Position numbers and translations under genes: made by a program
Part shown: positions 1 through 10,102 of the stretch, piece by piece
Numbering within the stretch: the first letter of the stretch is position 1
Layout of the letters: each line of letters opens with the position of its first letter
Source: an uncultured Verrucomicrobiae bacterium
GTDB taxonomy: Bacteria; Verrucomicrobiota; Verrucomicrobiia; Chthoniobacterales; UBA10450
Length of the DNA: 64,000 bases
Direction of reading: 5' to 3'
Assembly (NCBI GenBank): GCA_963726745.1
Contig: CAVSDR010000006.1
Span: 896,001 to 960,000 of the forward strand
Notes under the pieces: model-generated
The model's database searches: none
Told to the model about the DNA's origin: nothing
What the model saw: the letters and a program-made list of their open reading frames with translations, nothing else

Positions 1-218
1 ATGGAATCGACCAGCTCCTGCAGCGCTTCGGCGGCAAATTCTTTGCGCGGTTGCAGCGGACTTGGGACGATTGAAGAAAGGTCGACCTGCAGGACGCGCT
101 CGCCCGGTTCAAGCACTTGCTGAAGTTCCAGGTCCGGCGCCTGGACTGGGGCCGGCGCGGAGGTCGCGCGCGTTCCAATGAGCGCGCCGAGACCTTTGCC
201 GAGAGCAGATTTCGCCAT
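1..218 (-). CDS. parB: ParB/Spo0J chromosome partitioning protein, 5' part only (runs off window start; not in ORF track)
   Basis: Translated by hand: MAKSALGKGLGALIG...VDLSSIVPSPLQPRKEFAAEALQELVDS. LGKGLGAL N-terminal peptide and P-x-QPR-x-F motif typical of ParB. Confidence 0.9.
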   Translation of the reverse strand, partial: MAKSALGKGLGALIGTRATSAPAPVQAPDLELQQVLEPGERVLQVDLSSIVPSPLQPRKEFAAEALQELVDS

Positions 219-302
219 CGCTCCGAGGGTAACGGAAGCCTCCGCAGACGCAAACTCGAAGCCGTCGCGTTGCGTGCCGCGCGCCGCTCGATAGCATGGC
301 GC

Positions 303-1148
303 ATGTCGCAGGATTCGCCCGTCTTTACGCTCGGCCATTCACCCGATCCGGATGACGCCTTCATGTTTTACGCGATGGCGGAAAACAAGATCGACCTGCG
401 CGGCTACCGCTTCGAGCATCGGCTGGAAGACATCCAGACCTTGAACGAACGCGCCACTCGTGGGGAGCTCCACATCTCCGCGATCTCGATTCACGCCTAC
501 GCCTACGTGAGCGATAAATATGCGCTCCTCCCGTGCGGCGCGAGCATGGGCGACGGCTACGGCCCGATGATCGTCGCGCCTAACGAGTGCTCGATCGAGG
601 AGCTGCGCACCCGGCGGATTGCCGTGCCCGGCAAGATGACCAGCGCCTACCTCGCGCTCCAGCTTTTCCTGGGAGCGGAGTTCGAGCACATCGTAGTGCC
701 CTTTGACGAAATCTTCACCGCGGTAAAGCAGGGCCGGGCCGACGCTGGGCTGATCATCCACGAGGGACAACTGACCTATGCCCGCAGTGGCTTCACCAAA
801 ATCCTCGACCTCGGCGAATGGTGGAAGCGCGAGACGGGGTTGCCCTTGCCGCTGGGCGGAAACGTCCTGCGCAAGGACATCGCGCCCGAGGTGCGGCGCG
901 ATCTTTCCGTGATCCTCCGCGAGAGCATCGAATACGGGCTCGCGCATCGCGAAGCGGCGGTGCGCCATTCGATGCCCTACGCGCGCGACATGGACACTGC
1001 ACTCGCCGGCGAGTTCATCGGCATGTACGTGAACGACTACACGCGGGATTACGGCGAGACCGGGCGCCGGGCGATCCGCGAGTTTCTCGGCGCGGCCGAG
1101 GCGCGGGGGTTGATCGACCGGAAAGTCGAACTCGAATTCGTCGAGTAA
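303..1148 (+). CDS. mqnD: 1,4-dihydroxy-6-naphthoate synthase (futalosine menaquinone pathway, MqnA/MqnD family)
   Basis: LGHSPDPDDAFMFYA, GASMGDGYGP, IIHEGQLTY, LPLPLGG, FIGMYVN motifs; start trimmed to ATG 303. Confidence 0.85.
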   Translation: MSQDSPVFTLGHSPDPDDAFMFYAMAENKIDLRGYRFEHRLEDIQTLNERATRGELHISAISIHAYAYVSDKYALLPCGASMGDGYGPMIVAPNECSIEELRTRRIAVPGKMTSAYLALQLFLGAEFEHIVVPFDEIFTAVKQGRADAGLIIHEGQLTYARSGFTKILDLGEWWKRETGLPLPLGGNVLRKDIAPEVRRDLSVILRESIEYGLAHREAAVRHSMPYARDMDTALAGEFIGMYVNDYTRDYGETGRRAIREFLGAAEARGLIDRKVELEFVE

Positions 1149-1161
1149 GCCAGCGCGCTGG

Positions 1162-1338
1162 CTATTTCTTATCCTTCTTCACCGGGCCCGCGAAGTCGGC
1201 CGCGTAATTCCGCGCCTTCTCCCACTCGATCATGAAGCCACGCTGGAAGTCGCTCGGGCCATGCTCGAACAGGACCACGAAGCAGAAGGCAAAAAAGACA
1301 AAGAGGCAGAACCAAAAAAGTCCGCGCAGAAGCGACAT
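1162..1338 (-). CDS. Small membrane protein, hypothetical
   Basis: 58-aa ORF with one strong hydrophobic helix (LFWFCLFVFFAFCFVVLF) and basic tail; fills the gap between mqnD and the aminotransferase. Confidence 0.6.
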   Translation of the reverse strand: MSLLRGLFWFCLFVFFAFCFVVLFEHGPSDFQRGFMIEWEKARNYAADFAGPVKKDKK

Positions 1339-1439
1339 GCCACCGAGGCTATCGTAGGCGCTGGCGACGGTCAATCAGGCCGCGCCCGAGGGGAAACTTC
1401 GCGTTGAAGCGGGAATCGAAGCTGCCATGCTGAACCGCC

Positions 1440-2628
1440 ATGCGCGTCCCGCTGCTCGACCTCAGTCACGAATACCGCACGCTGGCCGAGCCGCTTCGCG
1501 CCGCAGTTGACCAGGTCTTCGCGACGCAGCAGTTCATCCTGGGCCCGAACGTGGCTGCGCTCGAGGCTGAACTCGCTGCTTATTCCGGCTCGCCTCACGG
1601 CATCGGCGTTTCCTCCGGGACGGACGCGCTGCTGGCTATCCTGATGGCGCTAGGCATCGGGCCGGGGGACGCCGTGCTCACGACCGCCTACACGTTTTTC
1701 GCGACTGCCGGCTGCATCGCCCGCGTCGGCGCAACCCCGCTCTTTGTCGACATCGATCCGGCGACCTACAATCTATCGCCGGCGGCGTTGGCGGCGTTCC
1801 TCGAGAAAAATTGCCAGCGAGATGCAGACGGCATTTTGCGCGACCGGGAAGGCCGGCGGCTCCGCGCGATCGTCCCGGTGCATCTCTTCGGGCTCTGCTG
1901 CGAGATGGACGAAATCGCCGAGATCGCGGAGCGCTGCGGGCTTCCGGTGATCGAGGACGCCGCCCAGGCGATCGGCGCGGAGTATCTCTTCCGCGGCGAG
2001 CCAAGGCGCGCCGGCGCGATGGGCGAAGCGGGCTACTTCAGCTTTTACCCCTCGAAGAATCTCGGCGCCGCCGGCGATGCCGGCTTCATCACCTGCCGCG
2101 ACCAGGCGCTCGCGCAGCGGCTGCGCATTTGCCGGCAACACGGGATGGAGCCGCGCTATTACCACCATTTCATCGGCGGGAATTTCCGGCTGGACGAGAT
2201 CCAGGCCGCCGTCCTGCGGGTGAAATTGCCGCACCTCGACGAGTGGTCCGCCCAGCGGCGCGCGGTTGCCGATTTCTACCGCGAGGAATTTAGCCGGCAA
2301 GATCTGAGCGCCCGTCTCCAGCTCCCGGCGGAGCCTTTCCGCGACCATGGCCTAACGAATCATCACATCTACCACCAATACGTCATCCGCGCGCCGCAGC
2401 GGGACCAGCTCCAGGCGCACCTGACCGCGCGCGGGATCGGGACGGCGATCTACTACCCGGTGGCGCTGCACCAGCAGGAATGCTTTGCCGGTCTCGGCTA
2501 CCGCGCGGGCGCGCTTCCGGAGACGGAACGCGCCTGCCGGGAGACGCTCGCGCTGCCGATCTTTCCCGCAGCTTTCGCGCGCGCAGCAAACCGAGGTGGT
2601 CGCGGCAATCGCGGAATTTTACGCCTGA
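1440..2628 (+). CDS. DegT/DnrJ/EryC1/StrS family PLP aminotransferase (apparent +1 frameshift near 2565)
   Basis: SSGTDAL, PVHLFG, IEDAAQAIGA, SFYPSKNLG motifs. Removing one C near 2565 gives the canonical tail LPIFPQLSRAQQTEVVAAIAEFYA* (TGA 2626-2628), just before tRNA-Tyr. Confidence 0.85.
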
Positions 2629-2685
2629 CCGAATCGCAACTTGCGACCGGCAGGGCGCCAGCCTATATCAACGCTCGCGCCGCAC

Positions 2686-2768
2686 GGGTAGGTACCGAAG
2701 TGGCCAAACGGGGCGGACTGTAAATCCGCTGGCTTACGCCTTCGCTGGTTCGAATCCAGCCCTGCCCA
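2686..2768 (+). tRNA. tRNA-Tyr(GTA)
   Basis: Acceptor GGGTAGG/CCTGCCC, anticodon arm GCGGA-CTGTAAA-TCCGC, long variable arm, T-loop GGTTCGAATCC; CCA not encoded. Confidence 0.95.
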
Positions 2769-2781
2769 CGCGCGCGAAACT

Positions 2782-3255
2782 CTAGCGGCGGCCGCCCGAT
2801 TTCCGGCCGGTGGCTTTTTTAGCCGGCGCTTTCCTGGCTGTGGATTTCGCCTTGCTGCCGGTTTTCTTCGCGGCGCTCTTCACAGAGCTCTTCGCGCTGC
2901 TTTTCTTCGCCCCGCCGGTGGTGGAACCTTTCTTCGCGCTGCCCGTTTTCGCCGACGCGGCTTTGCTGCTCCCGGAGGATTTCTTCAAGCCGACCGACTT
3001 CCCTGCGCTCGAGACCTTCTTGACCGCGGTCTTGGCGAATTGTTTGAGGCTTCCCTTTTGGTTCATCCGCTTGCCCGCGACCGCGCCCAGGACACCGCCA
3101 ACGACGGCGCCAACCGGCCCGACGACGCTGCCGAGGACTGCGCCCGCGGCGGCTCCGGCGGCCTCTTTCGAGATCGACGGCATGGGAATGTTTTTACCCG
3201 ACTGCTTGTCGGGCGAGGAAGAAGAAGAGGCGTTGGATTTTTTTCGGGTAGCCAT
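2782..3255 (-). CDS. Lys/Ala/Ser-rich histone-H1-like protein with glycine-zipper segment
   Basis: GAAAGAVLGSVVGPVGAVVGGVLGAVAG followed by many AKK/SAKK repeats. Confidence 0.7.
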   Translation of the reverse strand: MATRKKSNASSSSSPDKQSGKNIPMPSISKEAAGAAAGAVLGSVVGPVGAVVGGVLGAVAGKRMNQKGSLKQFAKTAVKKVSSAGKSVGLKKSSGSSKAASAKTGSAKKGSTTGGAKKSSAKSSVKSAAKKTGSKAKSTARKAPAKKATGRKSGGRR

Positions 3256-3329
3256 GATTGATTGGGTTGGTTGGTTGCTTCGTTAGGTTATCGAACGCCA
3301 CCCGCCAAGTGCGTTCGTCTGCGGGCAAC

Positions 3330-3361
3330 AAAAAAGCGCCTGACTTGCATCAGGCGCTTTT
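3330..3361 (-). terminator. Rho-independent terminator after RRM gene (possibly bidirectional)
   Basis: AAAAGCGCCTGA-CTTGCA-TCAGGCGCTTTT hairpin with a T-run on the minus strand. Confidence 0.8.
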
Positions 3362-3388
3362 CGCAAAAGTTAATGTTCGGGGTCTGGC

Positions 3389-3814
3389 CTAACGACCGCG
3401 GCGCTGTCCGCCACCGCCATCGCGACGTCCGCCGCCGCCACCACCGCCGCCGTAGCCGCCGCCACCACCGCCGTAGCCTCCACCGCCACCGCCGTAGCCG
3501 CCGCCACCACCTCCACGACCGCCACCGCCGCCGCCGTAGCCCCCACCGCCACCGGGCGGACGAGGTTCGCGCGGACGCGCTTCATTCACGGTCAAAGGCC
3601 GGCCTTCCACCGTCTTGCCATTGAACTGCGAGATCGCGTTCTGCGCGTCCGTCTCGCTGGTCATGGTGACGAAGGCGAAGCCGCGGGATTTACCGGTAAA
3701 CTTATCCTGCATGAGCGTCACTTCCTGCACGGGGCCCGCCTGCGCGAAGAGATCCTGCAGATCAGTCTCGGTCGTGTTGAAGGAAAGATTTCCTACGTAT
3801 AATTTAGTTCCCAT
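3389..3814 (-). CDS. RRM-domain RNA-binding protein with glycine-rich tail
   Basis: RNP2 KLYVGNL, RNP1 RGFAFVTM, LTVNEARPRE, GGGGGY repeats. Confidence 0.92.
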   Translation of the reverse strand: MGTKLYVGNLSFNTTETDLQDLFAQAGPVQEVTLMQDKFTGKSRGFAFVTMTSETDAQNAISQFNGKTVEGRPLTVNEARPREPRPPGGGGGYGGGGGGRGGGGGGYGGGGGGYGGGGGGYGGGGGGGGRRDGGGGQRRGR

Positions 3815-3994
3815 CTGAGTCTTTTCTCGAAAACGCTGCCAGGTCACTGTTCCCGCTCATCGGATTTCGAACCGCCACTGATCACTCAACTGACAATCCA
3901 CCAACGCCCCGGGCTACCGTCTTCTTCGGCGTGACAAGTAGGACTTTTCCCGGTGGAAAGCAAATGGAATCAGGGCGAGTAGCGGCGGGGTAAA

Positions 3995-5200
3995 ATGACT
4001 CACCAAATGCAACCTCCCGCCTCCCGCGTGGCCATCGTCGCCGCCGGGGTTATCAGCCCGCTCGGCTGCGGTCTCGGCGAGACCGCGGATGCCCTCCGCG
4101 CCAGTCGCGATTGCGTCACCCCAGTGGAGCGTTTCGCGGTCGCGCAATGCCGCTGCCAGTCAGCTGCGCAGGTCGAGGAGGCGCGACTGCGTCCCTTCGC
4201 CCACGGGCGCCGCGGCGGCCGGTTGCATCGCGCGGCCTTAATGATGATCGGCGCGCTCGAGGAAGTGCTCCAGCAAGCGCCCGGCTTCTCGCCGGAGCTC
4301 ATGGTCGTGGGCACGACCAGCGGCGGGATGACTTTCGGCGAGAGCTACTACCGTGCGCTTCACGCTGGCCAAAGTTCGCGCCGCACGCCGGCGTGGATCG
4401 CGAATTACCCGCCGCAAAAGCCCGCGGTCGATGCGCTGGAAGCTTTCGGCCTTTCCGCGCCCTGCCAGGTAATCGCGAACGCCTGCGCCTCCGGCACCAA
4501 CGCCATCGGCCACGCCTTCGAGTGCATCCGCTCGGGGCGTTACCAGCGCATTCTCACCGGCGGCTATGACGCGATCTCCGAGCTGGTTTTCGTCGGCTTT
4601 GATTCGCTCCAGGCGGCCACGCCGGAGAAATGCCGGCCGTTCGATCGCGAGCGCAGCGGCCTCGTGCTCGGCGAAGGGGCCGCGCTGCTCGCACTGGAAA
4701 ATTATGCAGCCGCCGAAGCCCGCGGCGCGGAAATCCTCGGTGAGGTCGTCGGCTACGGGATCTCGACCGACAACCATCACCTGACCCAGCCGCACCCCTC
4801 GGGCAGCGGTCCGCGGGAGGCGATGGCGCGCGCGCTCGCCAGCGCCGGCGTCGAGCCAGGCGCGGTCGATTACATCAATGCCCACGGCACCGCGACCCCG
4901 TTCAACGACGCCGCCGAGGGCGTGGCCATCGCGGAACTCTTCGGCCGCGTCCCGGTAAGCTCGAGCAAGAGCCAAATGGGCCACTCGTTAGGTGCGGCGG
5001 GCGCGATCGAGGCGGTCATCTGCCTGCTGGCGCTACGCGGGCAATTCCTCCCGCCAAACATCAACTTCCGCGCGCCCGAGCTCGACCTCGAGATCGTGGC
5101 CAACGAATCCCGCCCGGCCCGCCTCCAGAGAGTGCTGTCTAATTCCTTCGGCTTCGGCGGGACGAACGCCTCCATCCTTCTCCAGGCGGTGGCCGCGTGA
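3995..5200 (+). CDS. Beta-ketoacyl-ACP synthase (FabF-like)
   Basis: Catalytic Cys (NACASG), His (INAHGT), His (GHSLGAAG) and SNSFGFGG; start could be 4007. Confidence 0.9.
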   Translation: MTHQMQPPASRVAIVAAGVISPLGCGLGETADALRASRDCVTPVERFAVAQCRCQSAAQVEEARLRPFAHGRRGGRLHRAALMMIGALEEVLQQAPGFSPELMVVGTTSGGMTFGESYYRALHAGQSSRRTPAWIANYPPQKPAVDALEAFGLSAPCQVIANACASGTNAIGHAFECIRSGRYQRILTGGYDAISELVFVGFDSLQAATPEKCRPFDRERSGLVLGEGAALLALENYAAAEARGAEILGEVVGYGISTDNHHLTQPHPSGSGPREAMARALASAGVEPGAVDYINAHGTATPFNDAAEGVAIAELFGRVPVSSSKSQMGHSLGAAGAIEAVICLLALRGQFLPPNINFRAPELDLEIVANESRPARLQRVLSNSFGFGGTNASILLQAVAA

Positions 5201-6258
5201 GCATTGCGCTCGGCGGCATGGGCTGGGTCACTCCGCTTGGCTCCGGTCTTGTGGAAGTCGCGCGTCTCGTCGCCGAGGGAACGCAGCCGGCCACCGCGAG
5301 CGTTTCCAGTCCGTTAAACGGCCGCACCTTTCCCGCGTTCCTCGTCCCGCCGGACGTCGCGAAGCAAGCGCCGGCCCATCCGCGCCTGCGGCGTTCGAGT
5401 GCGATTTCTCGTTACGCCGCCGTCGCCGGCCTGGCCGCGCTGGAGGATGCCGGGGTGAAAATAGACAGCGGCTCGGCCGAGCGGACTGCGCTCATCTTTG
5501 CGATCGCGAACGGCGGCGTGGTTTACACCAAACGCTTCTACCATGAGGTCGTCGCCTCCGGCGCGCAGGCCGCGAGCCCTCTGCTTTTTCCGGAAACGGT
5601 TTTCAATGCCCCGGCCAGTCACCTCGCCGCGATCCTCGGCCTGACCGGCGCGACTTACACGCTCGTGGGCGATGGCGCGGTCGGGCTGCTGGCGGTGAAA
5701 ATGGCCGAGGACCTTCTCGCGAGCGACGCGCTCGATCGTTGCCTGGTGGTCGGCGCGGAAGAGGCCGATTGGCTCCTGTGCGACGCCTATCGCCGGTGGC
5801 GTTTGCTCCGCCTTGCGCCGCCGGTCGAGCCCTTCGCCACGCCTGCGCGCGGGACCATCTTGAGCGAAGGCGCGGGCGCGGTCCTGCTCACTCGCGAGGG
5901 CCCCGTGCGCCTTGGGCAGGTCGAGGCGGGCGGGAATTTTAGCCGGCAAGCTGAAGCCGCCGCTTGCATGGAGAATGTCTTCGCCCGCCTGCAGGCAAAC
6001 GACCGCGACCTGGTGGTCGCGAGCGCGAATGGCACCTTCATCGACGCCGCCGAGCACAGCGCAATCCAGCGGCATTGCCCGGGCGCGACCGTGCTCGCGC
6101 CCAAGCGTTCGTTAGGCGAGAGCCCGGGCTCCGGCGCGCTCTGGCAGCTCATTGCCGGGGCGCTGGCGCTGCGCCGCGGCGAGGCCCGGCGCGCGCTCAT
6201 TTCCACCTGCGGAATGAACCAACAAACCGCCGGCCTGACGCTTCAGGTTGCCGACTAA
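5197..6258 (+). CDS. Ketosynthase-like protein lacking catalytic triad (chain-length-factor-like)
   Basis: SPLLFPETVFNAPAS and LSEGAGAVLL KS motifs; triad positions read VGDGA, ASANGT and GESPG; GTGA overlap with upstream KS. Confidence 0.75.
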   Translation: MSIALGGMGWVTPLGSGLVEVARLVAEGTQPATASVSSPLNGRTFPAFLVPPDVAKQAPAHPRLRRSSAISRYAAVAGLAALEDAGVKIDSGSAERTALIFAIANGGVVYTKRFYHEVVASGAQAASPLLFPETVFNAPASHLAAILGLTGATYTLVGDGAVGLLAVKMAEDLLASDALDRCLVVGAEEADWLLCDAYRRWRLLRLAPPVEPFATPARGTILSEGAGAVLLTREGPVRLGQVEAGGNFSRQAEAAACMENVFARLQANDRDLVVASANGTFIDAAEHSAIQRHCPGATVLAPKRSLGESPGSGALWQLIAGALALRRGEARRALISTCGMNQQTAGLTLQVAD

Positions 6259-6329
6259 TTCTCGGGCCGCTCCGCTGCCTGCTTTTGCCTTTGCAACCCC
6301 CAGCCGCGGCAGTAGCTTCGGCATCCTCG

Positions 6330-8595
6330 ATGCGCGGGCTTGTTTTTCTCTTTTTTGCTCTCGCGTCTGCCACGGCTTTTGGCCAGGCCGCGGCACCCTC
6401 GACGCTCAGCAAACAACCCATCGAAATTACCGCCACCGGCGGGACGAATTACGTCAATGGCCTCGCGACGGCGCAGGAAAACGTCGCCATCCACATCGAC
6501 GAGACCGATATCTACGCCGACCGCGCGACCTACAACCCGCAGACCCACGTGGTCCACGTCGAGGGTCACGTCCGGATCTATCGCGGGGTGGAGCTCTACG
6601 TCGGCGAGAGCGGCACCTACAACACCGAGACGAAGAAGGTCGAAACCGGCCCGCTGCGCACCTCGAATTACCCGTTTCTTCCTCGGCGGCGACAGCCTGA
6701 CGACCATCGCCGATGACGGCAAGCTCGTAAGCAAGGGAGCCTTTACCACGCACGATTCCGCGCAGCCGGATTTCCAGATTCGCTCGAGCTCGGTGCGGGT
6801 TTACGAAGGCGACCGCGTGGTCATGCGGAACTCCGTCTTCTACGTCGGGCGCGTGCCGATCTTCTACTGGCCCTATCTCTACCAGTCGTTAGACGACGCT
6901 TTCAGCTTTGTGATCTCGCCGGCTTACCTGAGCTCCTGGGGACCGTCGCTGCTCTCGCGGGTCACCTTTCCGATCACGGAAAACATCAAGGCCTCGGTGC
7001 GGCTGGATTACCGTTACAAGCGCGGTTTTGCCATCGGCTTCTCGCCCGACATTAAGTACGGCAAGCACAACGAAAGCCTCGCGCGCCTCCGCACTTATTT
7101 CGCCGACGACAACAACCCTACGCTTAATCGCACCTCGCTCCCGCGCGACCTGATTACTTCCGCGCGCTACCGCGTGGGCCTCGACGACCGGACGCAATTT
7201 ACCAAGGACTTCACCGGTTTCGCCACCTTCACCAAGCTGAGCGACCCGTTCATTCTCCAGGATTTTTTCCCGGCAGAATTCCGCTTAAATCCGGAGCCGG
7301 ATAACGTCGCCGCGCTCCATCTTTACCAGCCGTCTTACACCGTGACCGCCTTCACGCGGCTGCAGCTGAACAATTTCTACGAAGCCACCGAACGCCTGCC
7401 GGAAGTGGCGCTGGATGTGAAGCGGCAGCCGATCTTCGGCTCGCCCATTTTCTACGAGGGCGAGTCGAGCATCGCCGCGCTTCGCCGGAACTTCCCGCAC
7501 CAGTCCATCTTCGAGGATTACAACAGCCTGCGGCTCGACAGCTTTCACCAGTTCCTTTACCCGAAGACTTACTTCGGCTGGCTCTCGGTCATCCCGCGGG
7601 CCGGCTTTCGCGCGACCTACTACAGCAAAACGCGCGACATCAGCGGGCTCGTCATCCCAACGAATGAGAACGCGCTCATCCCGGATTTCCTCCTGCCCGA
7701 CCCGACGAAGACCGACCCGATCAAGCCCGGCGGCGACCGTTACCGCGTGCTCTTTAACACCGGCGTGGAAGCCTCCTTCAAGCTCTCGCGCACTTGGGAG
7801 CAGGTGCAAAACCGCGCCCTCGGCCTCGACGGCTTGCGCCACATCTTGCAGCCGTTTTTCAATTACTCCTACGTCAGCGGGAACAACGCCGACCCCGCGG
7901 AAATCCTGCAGTTCGATCGCTACCAGCCCTCGACTCGCCTGCGTCCGATCGACTTTCCGCAGTTCAACTCGATCGACTCGATCGCGAATTGGAACATCGC
8001 CCGCGTCGGCGTGCGCAACCGTCTGCAGACGCGCCGGGACGACAGCACGATCAACTGGCTCGAGCTCGAGAGTTACTTCGACGTGAACTTCGACAATCCC
8101 TACGACAAGCGCGACTTCTCGAACGTCTACAACAACCTGCGCTTTAATCCGCTCCCGTGGGTCTCGCTCGCGCTCAACTCGCAACTCCCGATCCTTTCCG
8201 GCGGCTTCACCGAGGTGAACACCGAACTCCGCTTCCAGCCGGCGGCCGCGCTTTCCTTCTCGTTAGGCCATCGTCTCCTCTCGGATAATCCGTTCTTCGT
8301 CGACAGCAGCCTCTACACCTACGGCGCCTACTATCGCGTGGGGGATAACTGGGCCATCGGCGCGGGCGGACGTTACGAAGCCAAGACCGGCGTGATGGAA
8401 GAGCAGCGCTACACCGTCTATCGCGATCTCACCAGCTGGATCGCCTCCGTCGGCGCGATCATCCGCGACAACGGCGGGGTGCACGAGTACGGCGTGCTCG
8501 TTTCTTTCACCCTGAAAGCGCTGCCTAAATTTAGCTTCGATCTCAATTTCGATCCCGGCTCGCAGGGTGGCGAGAACCACGGTCTCGTCCCTTGA
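6330..8595 (+). CDS. lptD: LPS-assembly protein LptD (apparent frameshift near 6676)
   Basis: Signal peptide, OstA-like N-domain (IYADRATYN), FTTHD...VPIFYWPY, TERLPEV, beta-barrel C-terminus; joins frames of ORFs 5964..6716 and 6340..8595. Confidence 0.8.
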
Positions 8596-8683
8596 TGCGA
8601 GGCAATTTGCCGTTGCATTCGCCCGCTTTTTCCGGTTCGTTCCGCCTACTGCCGTAGTCACGGCAGCCCACGTTTTCACGCTT

Positions 8684-10102
8684 ATGGATCTTTCAATTAT
8701 CGGCTCTGGATATGTCGGCCTCGTCACCGGCGCGTGCTTCGCGGACGTGGGCCACAACGTCGTCTGCGTGGATAACGACCCGCGCAAGATCGAGGCGCTC
8801 CGCGCCGGCAAAGTCCCGATCTACGAGCCCGGCCTCGAGGAAGTGATCCATCGCAACGTCGCCGCGCAGCGCCTGCGCTTCACCGGCAGCATCCAGGACG
8901 GCGTGGAGAATTCGCAGATCGTCTTCATCGCCGTGCCCACTCCGCAGGGGAACGACGGCCACGTCGACCTCAGCTTCATCGAGAAGGTCGCGCGCGAGAT
9001 CGCCCAGGTCCTGACCGACTACCGCGTGATCGTCGACAAGAGCACCGTCCCGGTGAAGACCGGCGAGAAAGTCGCGGAATCGATCAAACGCTACAACAAA
9101 CACGGCGCCGCTTTCGACGTCGTGAGCAACCCGGAGTTCCTCCGCGAAGGCTGCGCCGTGGCCGACCTGATGAAGCCCGACCGCATCGTCATCGGCGCGC
9201 AAAGCGAGCGCGCGATCGACCTGATGAAGAAGGTCTACGAGCCCTTCATGGCGCCGATCCTCGTGACCGATATCAACAGCGCCGAGTTGATCAAGCACGC
9301 CGCGAATTCCTTCCTCGCGCTCAAGATTTCCTACATCAACGCCGTCTCCGCGATCTGCGACGCCAGCGGCGCCGACGTGGAGAAAGTAGCCGACGGGATC
9401 GGGATGGATCGCCGCATCGGGCGCAATTTCCTCAACGCCGGCATCGGCTACGGCGGCTCCTGTTTCCCGAAAGACATCGCCGCCTTCATCAAGATCAGCG
9501 AGCAACTTGGCGTGCCCTTCACCCTCTTGAAGGAAGTGCAGCGGATCAACGCCTCGCAGAAGGATCGCTTCCTCGATTCCATCCGCGAAGCCCTCTGGGT
9601 CCTGCGCGAAAAGAAAATCGCCGTCTGGGGCCTCACCTTTAAGCCGGACACGGATGACATCCGTTCCTCAGTCGCGATCGATCTCGTCGCCGACATGCTC
9701 AAGGAAGGCGCGCATGTTTCCGTCTACGACCCGAAAGGGATGGAGAAAGCGCGTGAGCTCAAGGAACTGGCCGGCGCGCACTTTGTCGACGCGCCGATGG
9801 ACGCGGTCGAAGGCGCCGAGGCGCTCGTGATTGCGACGGAGTGGGGCGAATTTGCCAACGTCGATCTCGCGGCGGTGAAGGCGAAGATGGCCACGCCAAT
9901 GGTTTTCGACGGCCGGAATCTGTTCGATCCGCAGACCATGGCGACGCTCGGGTTCGACTACCATTCGATCGGGCGTCATCGCGTGCTGCCGCTCGTTAGG
10001 CCGTGGCCCGCCGGCTCGCACTCGCGGCGCTCGAGGAATGGCGCGGCGGGAAGCGTTTTGCCGACGCGATCCTGCAAGCTTTGCTTACCCGGAGCGCGTT
10101 AA
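8684..10102 (+). CDS. ugd: UDP-glucose 6-dehydrogenase (true stop possibly TAG 9997-9999 if a 1-nt indel is present)
   Basis: IIGSGYVGL, KSTVP, SNPEFLREG, GYGGSCFPKD, FKPDTDDIR, FDGRNL. Confidence 0.92.
   Translation: MDLSIIGSGYVGLVTGACFADVGHNVVCVDNDPRKIEALRAGKVPIYEPGLEEVIHRNVAAQRLRFTGSIQDGVENSQIVFIAVPTPQGNDGHVDLSFIEKVAREIAQVLTDYRVIVDKSTVPVKTGEKVAESIKRYNKHGAAFDVVSNPEFLREGCAVADLMKPDRIVIGAQSERAIDLMKKVYEPFMAPILVTDINSAELIKHAANSFLALKISYINAVSAICDASGADVEKVADGIGMDRRIGRNFLNAGIGYGGSCFPKDIAAFIKISEQLGVPFTLLKEVQRINASQKDRFLDSIREALWVLREKKIAVWGLTFKPDTDDIRSSVAIDLVADMLKEGAHVSVYDPKGMEKARELKELAGAHFVDAPMDAVEGAEALVIATEWGEFANVDLAAVKAKMATPMVFDGRNLFDPQTMATLGFDYHSIGRHRVLPLVRPWPAGSHSRRSRNGAAGSVLPTRSCKLCLPGAR

Noticed and set aside
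1..302. parS site or replication origin next to parB
   Set aside because: No TGTTTCACGTGAAACA-like palindrome or DnaA-box cluster recognised in the window.
2629..2723. Aminotransferase C-terminus overlapping tRNA-Tyr
   Set aside because: Arises only from the apparent frameshift near 2565; the corrected gene stops at 2628.
3410..3560. GCC/ACC-rich tandem repeats
   Set aside because: They encode the Gly-rich tail of the RRM protein.
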